Positions 24,500-37,328 of a stretch of DNA of 64,000 bases are shown here, piece by piece; positions within the stretch are counted from its first letter, which is position 1, and each line of letters starts with the position of its first letter. The translations under genes and the position numbers were made by a program. Below the pieces are notes generated by a model that worked only from the letters and a program-made list of their open reading frames with translations, was not told the origin of the DNA and did no database searches. Location of the stretch: the NCBI GenBank assembly GCA_024137785.1, contig JAHRHZ010000003.1:12295933-12359932 (forward strand), read 5' to 3'. Source of the DNA: Ginglymostoma cirratum. Lineage: Eukaryota.

Positions 24500-27400
24500 T
24501 TCCTTGTGTAAATCATTGCCATGGTAATGAACATCCAGTCTATCTTTACAAAGGAAGAAACAGCACCTGATTGGGGGGGGGGGGGGTTTAGGGAGGAGGA
24601 GGCAGAGGAGAAATGCCAAATTGGAGAGCTCGCTGAAAGCAGGCAAGGGGGTTGCAATGTACGATTAGCCTGTGCCCATTCATTGTCATGCAGGCAGCAT
24701 GCCAACTTCACACTGCCTGCTCATTTGAATGATTGCTGTGTGCAGCTATTGCTGACCAGGCTGTTCATTGGCTGGATAAATCAGCAGGGGGCTCAAAATC
24801 GTAACTTCCTCACTCCACTTAAAGCTGGCTTGCACTGTTCAAAACTTGCCTGTATCTCTTTAAAGGGAGCTTCGTTGAGGCTGGAGCAACTGCTGTCAAT
24901 TGTACATAAAGTCAGTTCAACTAGGAAAACAGTGAAGAATGGCACAACATTGAAGAGTGCATGCTTTGAGGATTTCAGACACTGAACTCAAAGCCCCAGA
25001 GGTGGATCTGGAAAGGAGGAGAGATGTTACCCATTGACATGAAGCGAATCAGTCTTCCTGAGAGAGCCAATAACTTCTAAACTCAACTGGGGACTAGGAT
25101 ACTTTACTGCATGAAGTTTAGCGATCTCATCCAAGTGGGGGAAGATACATCTTCAAATTCCACAGCCTACAAACTGCACCGATTGGACCGGGGTGGGAAT
25201 TTCAGTTGGCTGCAAAACTGTGGTTCAGAATAACACCAGCAGCGTGGGTTAGATGTCTGTTCCAACTGATGTAGACTTGACTCCTGCCTCTGTGAATGAA
25301 AGGCAATAACAAATCGCCACCAACAAAAACAGCCAAGAGAACAGCTTAAGAGGAACCACCAGCAGAAAATGACCCAAGAATCTGTCTTCAGGGAGAGCAT
25401 ATATGACCATAACACCACCAGACACAAGTTCCACTCAATTCATTGCACTGCCATTATTCACTGACAAACAATATCCACCAGTTGGCACTCATAACTCACC
25501 TTTGTAGTTTCACCTCACCTTCACTCACTTAGTATTACCTCATGCTTTACAGCTCACATTGCACAGCTTGTGCACACTTCCAGCTATCCAAACATGATAG
25601 CTACATCAACAAAACCGCATTGTACAACACTCACTGAGACACATGGCCCTTTCTTGCAGGAAATGGTGGTGGACAATTAGAACTAACTGGACAGGAAAAG
25701 TATGCCTGCATATTCTAAACTCCATTGAGGAGATGGTGTTGTGCATTTTACAGTGACCAGTGTTGAGCGTCTGGTCAGCAGCCAGAATGAAACTGTCAAA
25801 GATTACAGTCTCTTTGAACCTAGTTCTGATAAGTACACCCCACTTACCTGCTGTACTCTCGCACCGCTTACTCTCCACACCATCCTACACCTCAACCTTA
25901 TCCTTGTGTCTTTTCATTTCAGATACCCAAGAGATGCAAACTGATCAGGTAGTGGAGGAATATAAGAAAGACCCATCACTTGTTTGACAGTTGCAGCCTC
26001 CAGCTCAGATACTGAGAGGCTAGAGTCGAGGTGGGGTCTGCTCATAGTGAGACACTGAGCACAAGTGGGCAGCAGCCAGGGCAGGAGGCAAGAATAGCAC
26101 TGGTGCCAGCTCGCCAAAGGGTAAGCTCACACACAAGTCCCTCTGCACAGAACATGGATGAGGACGTGACTGAAGCAGCTTACAGAAGCACAATGAATGG
26201 CCTGAGGCAGTGGGAAGTCTGCCAAAAAGCAATCAATCTCAAGAAGCATGGATGGAGTCTGGCAATAACCAGGCATAGAGCTTTCATGGTAACTTGGAGA
26301 CAATTCCCTCCAGTACGGATGAGTAACCAACACTGTTCTCACATTTGCAGTATGATGATGCACTATGTCATGACTGTTGTTTCAACATTCACTGCAGCAT
26401 CTTTTGACAGTATTGCCTGCTGTTTTGAACCCAAACATTGTAGTACTCCAGGGCTGTCTGCAAACTAAACTGAGGCTAAATTGCAATAATAGGAAATTCT
26501 ATGATTTGTTTATTGAAATACACTTTCCAAACACAACTCTTTGAAGTCAATAAATGCCTGGAATCTACAACATGAGTGAAATCATAATATAGACTTTAGG
26601 ATTAACAGATTTGCTCTTCTGAAAGGAGCCTTTATGCCCAACCTAATTATAATTTGCTCTCATACCCATGAATTTTGAAAAGCTACAAGTTGATCAGTCT
26701 GCGCCAAGGAAACCAGAAACTGTGTCATAATTACAATGTGGTTTCTTCAAGCTTGATTTTGAGTTTTGCCTGGAGCTTTGGTAAACAATTGGTAAACTGT
26801 TCTGGATGGACCTGATGTAGTCACCTAGAGTAGAAAGATGTATTTGAAAAGAATGATGGGAGAGTGGTGATTCCAGGAGGATTGGATCTCCAGAGTTGTT
26901 CAGGCAGTGTCTGTGCTTCTTAAACACTCCAGTGGTGTTTGTTCAATTCCATGTGATCATATTCATGCTGCCAACATGTCTTGAGCAAGATGGGCAGCAG
27001 ACGTCCCTTTTCAGCCAGATGCCATCCTCTGATTCAGCATAAGCACAATACTACAGATGCCAAAACTCCGAGATAGAAACATACCTGCTGAGTTTCTCCA
27101 GCACCTCTGTTTTTCTCGCTGATTCAGTGTATTGGTGGTATAATTTCTGATCTCAGTGCTGCCAGCATGGTACGTGTGGCCATTTTCACTGGAACCACCT
27201 GAGATATCTTTCACTGCCACAAGTCTTCCTTTTCGTATTTGTCTAAAGTTACAAGAAATTCCATGGAAGTTAAGTGAATGATGCCTGCACAAAGTCTTTG
27301 GAAGAATATGCACCTAAACAGCCAAATGGTTAACTTCATTGAAACTCTGATCGGAAAAGTTCACTGACATGGCATGGAGTATTTCTAGCACTTTGTGTGC

Positions 27401-27620
27401 CCATATTATCAATGCTACTTGCTCAGTTGAACCAGTGGGTTGATCCAATGGCTTGAAGGCTTGTTCTTGCTTGTGTTGTTCCCAGTACTTTACCATTGTC
27501 CCACAACTGGGGTACATTAGGGCCCAACAAATGTAGCCTAAGGCCCGCTGTGGATGAGTAAGGAGTTGAGTTGGCCTGCTGACTATTTCAGGCATACTCT
27601 CAATTGCATTCCCATTTCCA
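24500..27620. mobile_element. Decayed PIF/Harbinger transposon: Myb-like gene (+, about 24939-26470) convergent with a HARBI1-like transposase (-, about 26700-27600)
   Basis: + strand RISDTELKAPEVDLERRRDV and TRILYCMKFSDLIQVG; - strand GVFKKHRHCLNNSGDPILLESP (compare GVLK.RFRCLD.SGG.LQYSP) and RKGRLVAVKD...STEIRNY. Boundaries approximate. Confidence 0.6.
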
Positions 27621-27889
27621 GCATTGGCAGCTCTTAGCTTTCATGTAAACTTTGTTGTTGCAGTTATGCTAGGGTTTGGGTCGCTCTTCTTAACATTGAG
27701 AATGAGTTTCTTTCCCTTCAGAACTGCAGGTCCTGAGGTGATTAAATAGATCAATGATGGATCTGCTTACCATACCTCTAATGTACATAATGTTGAGGAC
27801 AGGAACTGAATTCCTATTTTTAAATATGCATTTTTTAAAAAATCTGTTTGAAATGCATGAGCTAAATCTTTTTCACTCTCCCTTTCAAG

Positions 27890-28050
27890 ATGGGTAAAAT
27901 TTGAAGAGAAAGTAGAGGAAGGAGGCGAGAGATGGAGTAAGCCCCATGTGTCTACATTATCTCTGCACAGTCTGTTTGAGCTGCGGACATGTCTCCAGAC
28001 AGAGACTGTACTGTTAGATTTGGATGGATACTCATTGCCACAGATCATAG
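27890..28050 (+). CDS. SLC4A5: SLC4A5 exon 4 ([37 protein letters not shown]...PQII)
   Basis: ctttcaag acceptor, G|gtaaaa donor, hallmark SLC4 motif. Confidence 0.97.
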
Positions 28051-28793
28051 GTAAAATACTGTTTTCTTGTCATCTGCTGTGAAGTGGTTAAAAATAGTTC
28101 AAACCAAGTAAGTCAGTGCACATGACCTGGAGCATAATGTGTGTGAAACAGTTTCCAATTGAATGACAATAATGCAGAAAGCCTTCGAGCTTCTCTCGCT
28201 GATCAACACACCAAAACCAACGTGACTGTTAATTATATTAAAAATAACATTCGTCATACACAGAGGCTGCCTAATTGGCATTCTGAGAAGATTTGGGTAA
28301 GCTGGAGCTCTTCTGCATTCAAACAGATGCTGCAGATGGTTCCTTCTAACAGTTTCAGAAATAATGAAGAGGATAGAGAAACTAAGCTCAACACATTACT
28401 TTCAGATACCACAGGATAAGAAGTGGGAGGCTTTGAGACTCAAAATTAGGTCTGATGCCAGGAACGTACTAACAGTTGAGGCATGTTGCCAGGAAGGCTT
28501 GTTAGAACCAGTGCACTTCATAATGGCAGGTTTAGCATTGTGGGGTGAAAATATCACATGGACTGAAACAACTAGAACCATATCTATCTTCTGAGCTTAT
28601 AGGAAAATAAAAGGTTACAGAGGGGTAGAAGGATGTAACTTTGCACACATTGTTCCCCACCTGTGAATAGAGGGGTCATAGAAAACTTGAAAAGTTACTA
28701 TTTTCTTTTTATGGGAAGAGTAAAAGAAAAAACCAATAAGCCCATTAATGCCCAGCCACTGCGACAAAATGACTAATCTGTTTATGAATACAG

Positions 28794-28949
28794 ATGATAT
28801 CATTGACAAGCAAATAGAAGATGGACTTATTAAAGCAGAGGTCCGAGAACAGATATCATACATCCTCCTGAGAAAACATCGTCACCAAACCAAGAAACCC
28901 ATCCATCGCTCTCTGGTTGACATTGGGAAATCATCAACAGCATCATCAG
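28794..28949 (+). CDS. SLC4A5: SLC4A5 exon 5 ([12 protein letters not shown]...[19 protein letters not shown])
   Basis: tacag acceptor, G|gtaagg donor; overlaps ORF 28748-29005. Confidence 0.96.
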
Positions 28950-29259
28950 GTAAGGTGAACTGCCCAAACAACGGCATGAAATCATTAATGGCAGCTCCTG
29001 AATAAGAAACAAATGCTTGGGATGGATTTTATCTGTCTTTTTATTTCTCCATGATGAATAGTATTTACATTTGGGGTAATTCCCACTTGGCAACACTGTC
29101 ACGCTTATGATCATCATTCTGACTGTTGCTGGAGAAAATTACTTTTTACCAAAACAATCTGCATTAATTCAGGTTTCAACATCAGCTCACTTCCTTCTAA
29201 TTTGTTACCACATAGCCTTGCTGAAAACCGATGCCCTAATTTTAGCGATTCGCATTTAA

Positions 29260-29452
29260 TGTGCAGTTTGGGTAGATTGGCCATTGTTAAATTGCTCTGT
29301 AGCATCTAGGGATGTGCACACTAGGTGGGTTAGCCATGGTGAATGTGGGGTTATAGGGAAGAGCTGGATCTGGGTGGGATGCTCTTCAGAGCTTCAATGG
29401 GAACCTGATGGACCAAATGGCCTCATTCTGCACTGTAGGGATTCTACGATTC
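29260..29452 (+). mobile_element. HE1 SINE 3' half
   Basis: gattggccattgttaaattgc...gggatgctcttcagag...ccaaatggcc...cactgtagggattctacgattc, similar to 21960-22130. Confidence 0.85.
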
Positions 29453-30339
29453 AGATTGTGTTTTTTATGAATTATTTTTACAGGCAATGTTACCTTTCTT
29501 GTATGCAGTTTTAATGTTAGTCAATTTCTGAATATTCCAAGACTTTCTGTGACTAACTTATACTCACTGTAATTTAAGATAATTTCTGAATACACTGGAC
29601 TGAAGATGTTTCTCATTGTCAGTTCAATGCTTGACCAAAACACAGCAAACTTAAGGAGAAGGGGCTGCACTGACAGGAATAGGACTAGACTGGTCAGCCC
29701 CTCAATCCTGTTGCCCTGTTAATTTAAGTCATGGATAACCTGTGCCTCAACTGCATTTATGAGCCTTTATGCTTGATACCCTGCTTTGAGAGAAATCTAA
29801 TTAACTCAGTCTTGAATATTTCGATTGACTAAGCATCTGCAACTGCTTGGGAGAGAGTTTCAGATTTCCAGTCCCTACTCTACTGATATCAGTAAATATG
29901 GTGGGTTTGACCTGGAAAGGGTACAGATACAAACTGGCTATTTGTCACGTGTTCATACTGAATGAGGGTTGGTCAATCTGGTGAGCAACATTATGCTGTT
30001 TCCATAAATATCTTCGCTCTGACACATGGAAAGTACAAAGAATTCTGACTAACAGGGCAGTAGAACATTATGAAGCTCTACTAAACTATGCCAGGGAACA
30101 GAATGCATTTGCCTCTGCTCCTGATTTTCTAACGTTTGTCTGAACAGTCATTGGGAAGCACTGGGCAGAAGGATGGCGTTGGGAGGGATTACTGGGAAAA
30201 GACACTTGAGGTATGATAATCTTGGCCTCAATTTCCCTTATTTAAAAGCAGCCTACTTTAGAACAGGAATAGTGGTGAAACTTGTTGCTTTCTAACTTTC
30301 ATTTTGACATGTGGGATAATGTGCGTAGCTCAGAAAGGA

Positions 30340-30697
30340 GTAGCTCAAACACACACCGTCATTTACAAATGTGTGGTTTGACATCCTATAAAGACGATGT
30401 TACATTTCACAAATGTATGATTTCCACACGTCTCTTATTCTGGCATCTTACACGTTCCCAATTTTCTTTGCTCCACCACTGGTGGAGATACCTTAACTGC
30501 CTAGGCCTGAAGCTCTGAAATAAACACTTCCATGTCTCTACCTCCCTCTCTTGATAAAACCTGTTGCTTTGACCAAACTTCTGGTCACTTGCCTTATATT
30601 TCCTTACGCAATGTAAAATTTGAAGGAAACACCTTTGAAAAAGCTTGCAACATGTTGTTATGTGAAAAGGTACAGCATCAAAGCAAGTCATTGTTGT
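30340..30697 (+). mobile_element. L2-type LINE 3' fragment
   Basis: tgcctaggcctgaagctctgaaat...tttgaccaaacttctggtcac...aaaggtacagcatcaaagcaagtcattgttgtt tail. Related minus-strand copies lie near 58050-58400 and 61980-62150. Confidence 0.6.
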
Positions 30698-31025
30698 TAT
30701 ATCACATCAGTGCTCCAGATGATGCGGCAACATACATGAATGGCAAAGGCAGGTCAGAGTTCCTCTTCTGTGAATACCATCAAATCGAGAAGGACTCGAT
30801 TTTCAATCTCAGCTGGTGTGATTTTTCTAGCCTTCGAGAATCCGCAGCCTGGCTGAAATAAAAAAGTGAGGCCAGTGTACAAAATGGAGATTGTCTTGTA
30901 TGTGGCCAAAGGTTAAGGCAGCAGCTTATTATTTGTTCTGTATTTTTAGGATGCTGGCACTGACAGCTTAAGGGTGAAATATATCCCAATGTTCTATAAG
31001 AACTATTGAGGAGACAATCTGGTTT

Positions 31026-31111
31026 TGTTGCCATGATTCTTTCATGCACACACATTGCAATTATTCCCTGTTGCCATGATTCTTTCATGCACACACATTG
31101 CAATTATTCCC
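31026..31111. repeat. Perfect 43-bp tandem duplication
   Basis: tgttgccatgattctttcatgcacacacattgcaattattccc at 31026-31068 and 31069-31111. Confidence 0.97.
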
Positions 31112-31173
31112 TTCCTAATGTTATATCTTTTGTTTCTTTTCTTACTAACTGTGAATTACCACATTACCTACAG

Positions 31174-31269
31174 CTCGCAGTCCCAACCGAATCCCTGGCA
31201 TTGGGACAAACTTTTACCGCTCTACTGAAGACTTGGGACTGAGGCAGGCTGCCAGTTATGGACGGCTAC
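31174..31269 (+). CDS. SLC4A5: SLC4A5 exon 6 ([32 protein letters not shown])
   Basis: TACTAAC branch point at 31143-31149, ctacag acceptor, C|gtaagt donor; matches the STEDL..RQ..YGRL segment of NBCe2. Confidence 0.9.
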
Positions 31270-31520
31270 GTAAGTCACCTATGGAAGTTAACGAGTGACC
31301 AGCTAACTAAGATGAAGGCGCTGCATGTAGCCTACGTGCATGCAACCTTTCCTTGGTTAATGCCCAAAGTACTCGCCAATAAATTGAAGGATTTCCTTCA
31401 GTTCTGAATTGCCGGCTCATTCTTTTCACTATCTTCTCAACCCTTTCTATTTCTGTTAAGAGACAACCACATACAATCCAAATTACATGACCGGATTTTG
31501 TATTTTTTTCCACACTGCAG

Positions 31521-31576
31521 GTCGTGCTCAAAGCAGAAGCATGAATGACATTGCAGATACTCCCAGCACAGATCAG
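31521..31576 (+). CDS. SLC4A5: SLC4A5 exon 7 (RRAQSRSMNDIADTPSTDQ)
   Basis: cactgcag acceptor, CAG|gtaagt donor. Confidence 0.92.
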
Positions 31577-32249
31577 GTAAGTCTCAACGGAAGGACAATG
31601 GATATAAGTCATCATCATGAATTTATTCTATGAATCTCACAATTTTCATGGACACCTGAAGTCATGTAATCTCCTAATACGGATCACAAATTTAGAGTTA
31701 AACCAGTAACACTTCTATCATTATATTAGCTCATTTTTCCTGACAGAAGATATGAATTAGTGAGGCCATCCACTCTCCTGGGGGCAAAGATTTCAGGCTG
31801 CTGTATTTGCCAAGGTACAGCCAGAACAACCATAAGTGGCCTCAGGTCCCCTTATTAAAGAGAACCGCAGAAAAATTAACTTGAATTGCTTCTCTCGAAA
31901 AGTATTTCATGAGCCCTGCTTGAAGTCAGTGTGTGTGACCTTCAAATTAATGACAGCAATGCCTTTTCTGTCCTACTGCTATTGGTTAGAAACTGGATAA
32001 ATGGATCATGAACACAGCATGTGGTAATGGAATTTGCAACGTTGATGTAGTGGTTTACTTGTTAAACAAACAACAAATTATACCATCGATGAGGTTTCCA
32101 CATCTCCCGACGTCTGAGGAATTCATGTGCTGTGTGTTTTCTGGATTGGGCCCTCAACACTTCTGAGTAACTCAGCAGTGAAAATGATGCATCAACAACA
32201 GAAGTCCCATAAAATGTTCACAGCAATCTCTGCTGGTTTGATCATTCAC

Positions 32250-33150
32250 TCGGATTTTTTTTTCAATTCTTTCACAGGATTGGGGCATTGCTGCTGAGGC
32301 CAGAATTTATTGCCTATCTGTAATTGCTCTTGGGAAGGTGATAGTGAGCTGCTTTCTTGAAACCACAGCTGTTCTTGGAATATAGACAGACCCACAGTGC
32401 TCTTAGGGAGGGAGTTCCAGGAGTTTGATCCAGCGACACTGAGGAATGACAGTCTAGTACCAAGTCAGGGTGTGATCCGTGGTGTTCCCATCTGCTCCTC
32501 CAAGCTGGAAGAAGTCACTGGTTTTGAAGGTGCTGTCAAAGGAGCCGTAGCCAGTTGCAGCTTGTAAATGGGACACTGTGATGTCGTTGTGATCTTGGTG
32601 GTGTTTGGAGTGAATGTCGAAGGTGGTGAATTATTTTGTTCCTTTATTCTGTTGAATGGGATATGAGTGTTGCTGGAGGGTATTGTTGCCAGTTCCTAAT
32701 TACAGTCAAACTGTGGGGCTTTCCAGACAATTTCGGAAAATGGTTAAGAGTCAATTACATTCCAAAGAGTCAACTACATTCCATTGTAAGTGTGATTGGA
32801 TAAGTGAACAAGATGGATTTTTATGACAATCGATGTTCTCATGGTCACTATAACTGAGGCTAACTTTGAATTCTAGATTTTATGAACTGAATTCAAATTG
32901 CATTGGGTGCCCTGGTTGGATTTGAACCCCCCTCCTTATGGCTTTAAGGTAGAATTTTGGATTACTGATCCACTGACATTACCGCTCCCTCTCAGTTTCC
33001 AGTTGAAAAGGATAGTGTACCAGTCAAGTGGGCTGTTTTGTCCTGGATGATGTCTAGCTTCTTAAATATCATTGGAGCTGCACCCATCCAGGCAAGTGGG
33101 GAGTATTCCATCACACTCCTGACTTGTGTCTTGTAGGTCATGGACTGTAC
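32250..33150 (-). mobile_element. CR1/L2-group LINE 3' end interrupted by a tRNA SINE (about 32631-32990)
   Basis: ORF 32992-33210 reads YKTQVRSVMEYSPLAWMGAAP..KKLDIIQDK. The SINE B box is seen as ggatttgaacc. Both carry tails related to 10461-10540. Confidence 0.8.
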
Positions 33151-35079
33151 TGCAGTAGATTCATATTTAGATTTTATTTTTGTGTGGACTTGTGTTGTAA
33201 GGATTGTCAATACCTAGATTTGATATTAAACTGGTCAATAACCGGCTTCTGTTCCCATTCAGTCAATCCTAAGTACTCGTAATATCCTGAACGTTACAAT
33301 TTACATGGATGCCTGAAGACATGTAATCTCCTAATACAGATCAGCCAGGATATAAGTAAAGGGCCAAACATGCTCAAGCAGCTGAATGGTTTATTCCAGT
33401 TATTTTGGTCCCGTGAGAGAGACAACAAAACACATTAGAAATCCAGGTTAATTAGAGAACAAAAAGTGGAAAGTTTCACTCTGACCCATTTTACAGATCA
33501 AACTAGCCCAATATTGTTCTCAGGCCCTTATGAATATGATATTGGAGTAGTTCCCACGAATGTAGAGAATGACTAAAGGAATTTTAAAAAGCCATTCCTA
33601 TTGTTGTTCACTATATGGGAGGGAGCATGATGTGCGGTCAATAATGAACCAAGAGCTTCTCTCAAGAAAGCTGATACCTCTGTACCGTCTCTTAGATGGC
33701 AGGAATGGTCACTTGGAGTATGTCATATGTGAAAGTTCAGACTGGACAGGTTAGTTACGAAAGACTCAGTTTTAATATTAAATCTTGTAAACTTTCAAAT
33801 GATACCACAGAAGTTAGTCTTGAATAATTGATGTGGTGAATGCCTTTTTTGGTTAATTTCATTTTTGAACCTTAAATGCACGAACCTCACTCTGTCTGCT
33901 TGAACATCAGGGAACCTGACAGTAAGTGGAGTCCTGCTACTGGACTCCAAACGTTCCTTGGGCTGAAGGCAGTGTTCAAAACCACAAACATAACAGCAAC
34001 ATTTGTACACAATAAAAGAAAAATAATTGAACACAAAACACTGAGGCGAAGACTTTTTCCGACACACTCACTTTTGCTGGGAGATGAATGCTTCAAAGGC
34101 TGCTGCAGATGATTATTCCTTATTTGTGAGCTGAGGCAGAGAGCTCACAGGTAATCCTACATCCACACATCATCAGACAGCAGTGAGAGTAATGGTTCAT
34201 TCTTCTATTTCCTGGCACCAAAGAGTGAGAGCAGTTAACTCAGTACAGTATGAGAATCAAATCTTGTGCTGTCTGATTTGCTGTAAAACAGATGATCCCA
34301 TCATCCAGGCTTTAGAAGAACAGAATGCTTCCTTTCTAAGAAGCACAGCTATTTTATAAAATATAGGCATGAAAGCACTGATATTGACTGGCAAGAAGAA
34401 CAGACATGTTCAATAACTCAATGTAATTCAACTCAAGACTTCTTTTAAGTTACTAAATAAACCCATGTTGAACTTACCTGACATTCACACTGGCCATAAA
34501 GCTTTCTTCCTGTGAATTTCAAAGCTCGTATCTTAGAAAAAAAGTGTTCGAAGTATAGTCAAAAATAACATTCAAGTTTGATTCATCTCATTTCAGTTTT
34601 ATTAAATATGCCACAATTTTGAATTGTTAATCAGATTATGAAGTAGCAGGTTGCCACTGATTGGAATCACGAGGATAAAGCTTAGTTCTGCACTCACATT
34701 CTTGACCTCACACCCAGCTTACAGACCTCAACATACTGGTTGGTTTAATGAACGATAGAGGGTTCAGCATTGGCCAACATCTGTGGGGAGCTAACGCAAA
34801 GATTTCCCAATTTATTTTTGCAAAATAATGTTGAACCTCAGTTATTGTATTTAGGAATCATAGAACGCCCTTTACTGCGAATTATTTTATAAGGAGGAAT
34901 CTTGGTCCTTGAACAAACCCTGGCTCTTCATCGTTAAGCCTTTTTCTCAGGATTTTAATTTTGTTTTTGAGTCATGTAGGTAGTTGTAACCAAGTGCCAG
35001 AAAAATCACTATCGTTTGCTAATGGTTGGCTCACTTGTCTCAGTCAGCATGGTGGGGATGGGGGTGGGGTTGGGGGGGT

Positions 35080-35290
35080 GTTGTCAGTCAAATGGCTAGA
35101 TGGCTGGTTCATGATACAGACTGATGTCAAAAGCAGATTTTCAATTCCCACATGAGCTGAAGATCTGCCTTCTCAATCTCACCACTCACCCCTCACCTGA
35201 GGCATAGCAACTCTCAGGTTAAACTCACCATTACTCATCTGTTTCTCAAGAGTGACCGGTTATCTGGGACTAAGGTGACCACTATTACTG
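35080..35290 (+). mobile_element. Decayed short tRNA-type SINE
   Basis: Degenerate A/B boxes (gtcaaatggctag...ttttcaattccc), cacctgaggcatagcaactctcaggttaaactcacca body and tgggactaaggtgac tail. Confidence 0.5.
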
Positions 35291-35874
35291 ATGGTGCAAT
35301 GTGAAGCATTCTATGCAACACTCAATTAAAAGCAAGATGCTGAAATAAACACAGAAAGTTTCTAAACCCCTGACACAAAGTCATACCAGATTTGAAACAT
35401 TAAATTTGTTTCTAACACCACAGATAGTGTTGACTTTCTCCAGCATTCTCTGTGTTTGTGTCACTGCGCACGAGATTTGGGAAACTAGCCTAAAATGTTG
35501 AGTTTGGGTGGATGCCGTCTCATGCATCTTGTTTGTAGAACAGGGCAGTTCACCACTATTTTGTGAAAATCTGTTCAACCAAGTGTTCTTCAGTAACCAT
35601 TCTGCACAACAACTTGAGCACCTCAACTGTCTGACACATTCTGAAAATACTAGTGAAGCTCAGAAATATGTGTTTGATAATCCGCCTTCCTGGAACACTG
35701 GGACTGGCAAACTGTGGGAGTCGTTGGTCAGTCAGTGAAACCAAAGGTGTGAAAACACTGAGTTTATTGTTGACGATTGAGATCCCCAGTATTCTTTCTC
35801 TCCTTTATCTCTTTCTGTTCAGTAGAAGTCTACTATCCTCAGTTTCCAACTCATATGCCTGTGATTCATTGCAG

Positions 35875-36032
35875 CTCAAGAACAAGTTCAAAAAGAAAAT
35901 ACCTCGTGACTCTGAAGCCTCAAATATCCTTGTGGGTGAAGTCGACTTTCTGGATAAGCCATTCGTAGCTTTTGTCCGTCTCTTGCAGTCAACGATGTTG
36001 GGTGGGCTGACAGAAGTGGCAGTTCCAACAAG
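35875..36032 (+). CDS. SLC4A5: SLC4A5 exon 8 ([26 protein letters not shown]...VAVPTR)
   Basis: ttgcag acceptor, AG|gtactg donor, conserved motif. Confidence 0.96.
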
Positions 36033-36596
36033 GTACTGGTGCACCCAGGGATCAATGTGGTTGGGTCCAGCATAAAAACAACACAATTGAAAGGGTGTGC
36101 TATTGTCCAGGAACACTTCAGAAACAAAGTTAACTTTCTGTTTTGAAGCATTCAGTTGAACCATTCTGTCTGCTGAAGTTATGATGGGTTGTAAGTTAAT
36201 TTCTCAGAATTAATTAATTCAAAGTAGTATTATATGCTGACTGTATTTCAGCTGACAGGGGTAATCACTTGTGTTCCATTGAGAGGATAATGGTCTGTTG
36301 GATAGCTGACAACAGACCATTGTTGGTCTGCAATGCTGGTGTTTTAAGTCTATCTGAGACCACTCCACAGTAAAACTCCACACATTCCAACTGCACTGTA
36401 AAAACAGTTAGCTCTCTGCAGAGATACATTAAGTGCTGTCAGGCTAGATATATATTCATTACAGCTGGCATGCAACTGAAATTAGGAATCCACTTTCCTT
36501 CAATTTTTAAAAAAATGTATTTAGTATGGAATGAAGAAAGAAGAATTGGTACTTTAACACTCACAGTTTTAATATCTTGATATCTTTCCTGAACAG

Positions 36597-36684
36597 GTTT
36601 ATTTTTATTCTTTTGGGTCCTCAAGGGAAAGGCAAATCTTATAGCGAAATAGGAAGAGCCATGGCGACACTGATGGTCGATGAT
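36597..36684 (+). CDS. SLC4A5: SLC4A5 exon 9 ([29 protein letters not shown])
   Basis: gaacag acceptor, GAT|gtgagt donor. Confidence 0.96.
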
Positions 36685-37173
36685 GTGAGTTATTACATTT
36701 AATCCGATTAGAAAAAGTAGAGTTCATGCTATCATACACTGAAGTTATAAAGGAAAATGGTTGGCAGTTATCTATTACGGCAGAACCATAATTCTCACTA
36801 CTGAGCTGAAAAAATGTAAAGACCCCAGTGAAAAGATTTATTCGACTGTAAAAGGCCTTTCTGAATTGTACATCATTGTGCTTTCTTTTCTGCTGGCACT
36901 CAGCTTCTTGTTTCTTGATAATAGTTGGTGAAATGTCTCCACACCCACCACTGAAGGGTTTCTCTGATGTAATTTTAGTCAGAGCAAAGTTTCTCCAAGA
37001 AAAAGTGGAGACTACAGTTGTACCAAAAGAAACTTGGCATTTGATATTCCTTCCCGATAGCATACCTTGATATTCCTTCTTGCATTGGTACAAATGACTA
37101 AATCTATATTTAACTGTGTGTCTGGATTATTGTGTCCATCATTTACATTGCGCTTTTGTGTTCTGGGATCCAG

Positions 37174-37328
37174 CTCTTCAGTGATGTGGCTTATAAAGCA
37201 AGAGACAGAAATGACTTGATTGCTGGCATTGATGAATTCCTTGATGAAGTCATTGTCCTGCCTCCCGGTGAATGGGATCCCAAGATCAGGATCGAGCCAC
37301 CCAAGAAAGTCACACCAGCTGAGAAAAG
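37174..37328 (+). CDS. SLC4A5: SLC4A5 exon 10 ([45 protein letters not shown]...)
   Basis: atccag acceptor, AG|gtatga donor. Confidence 0.97.
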
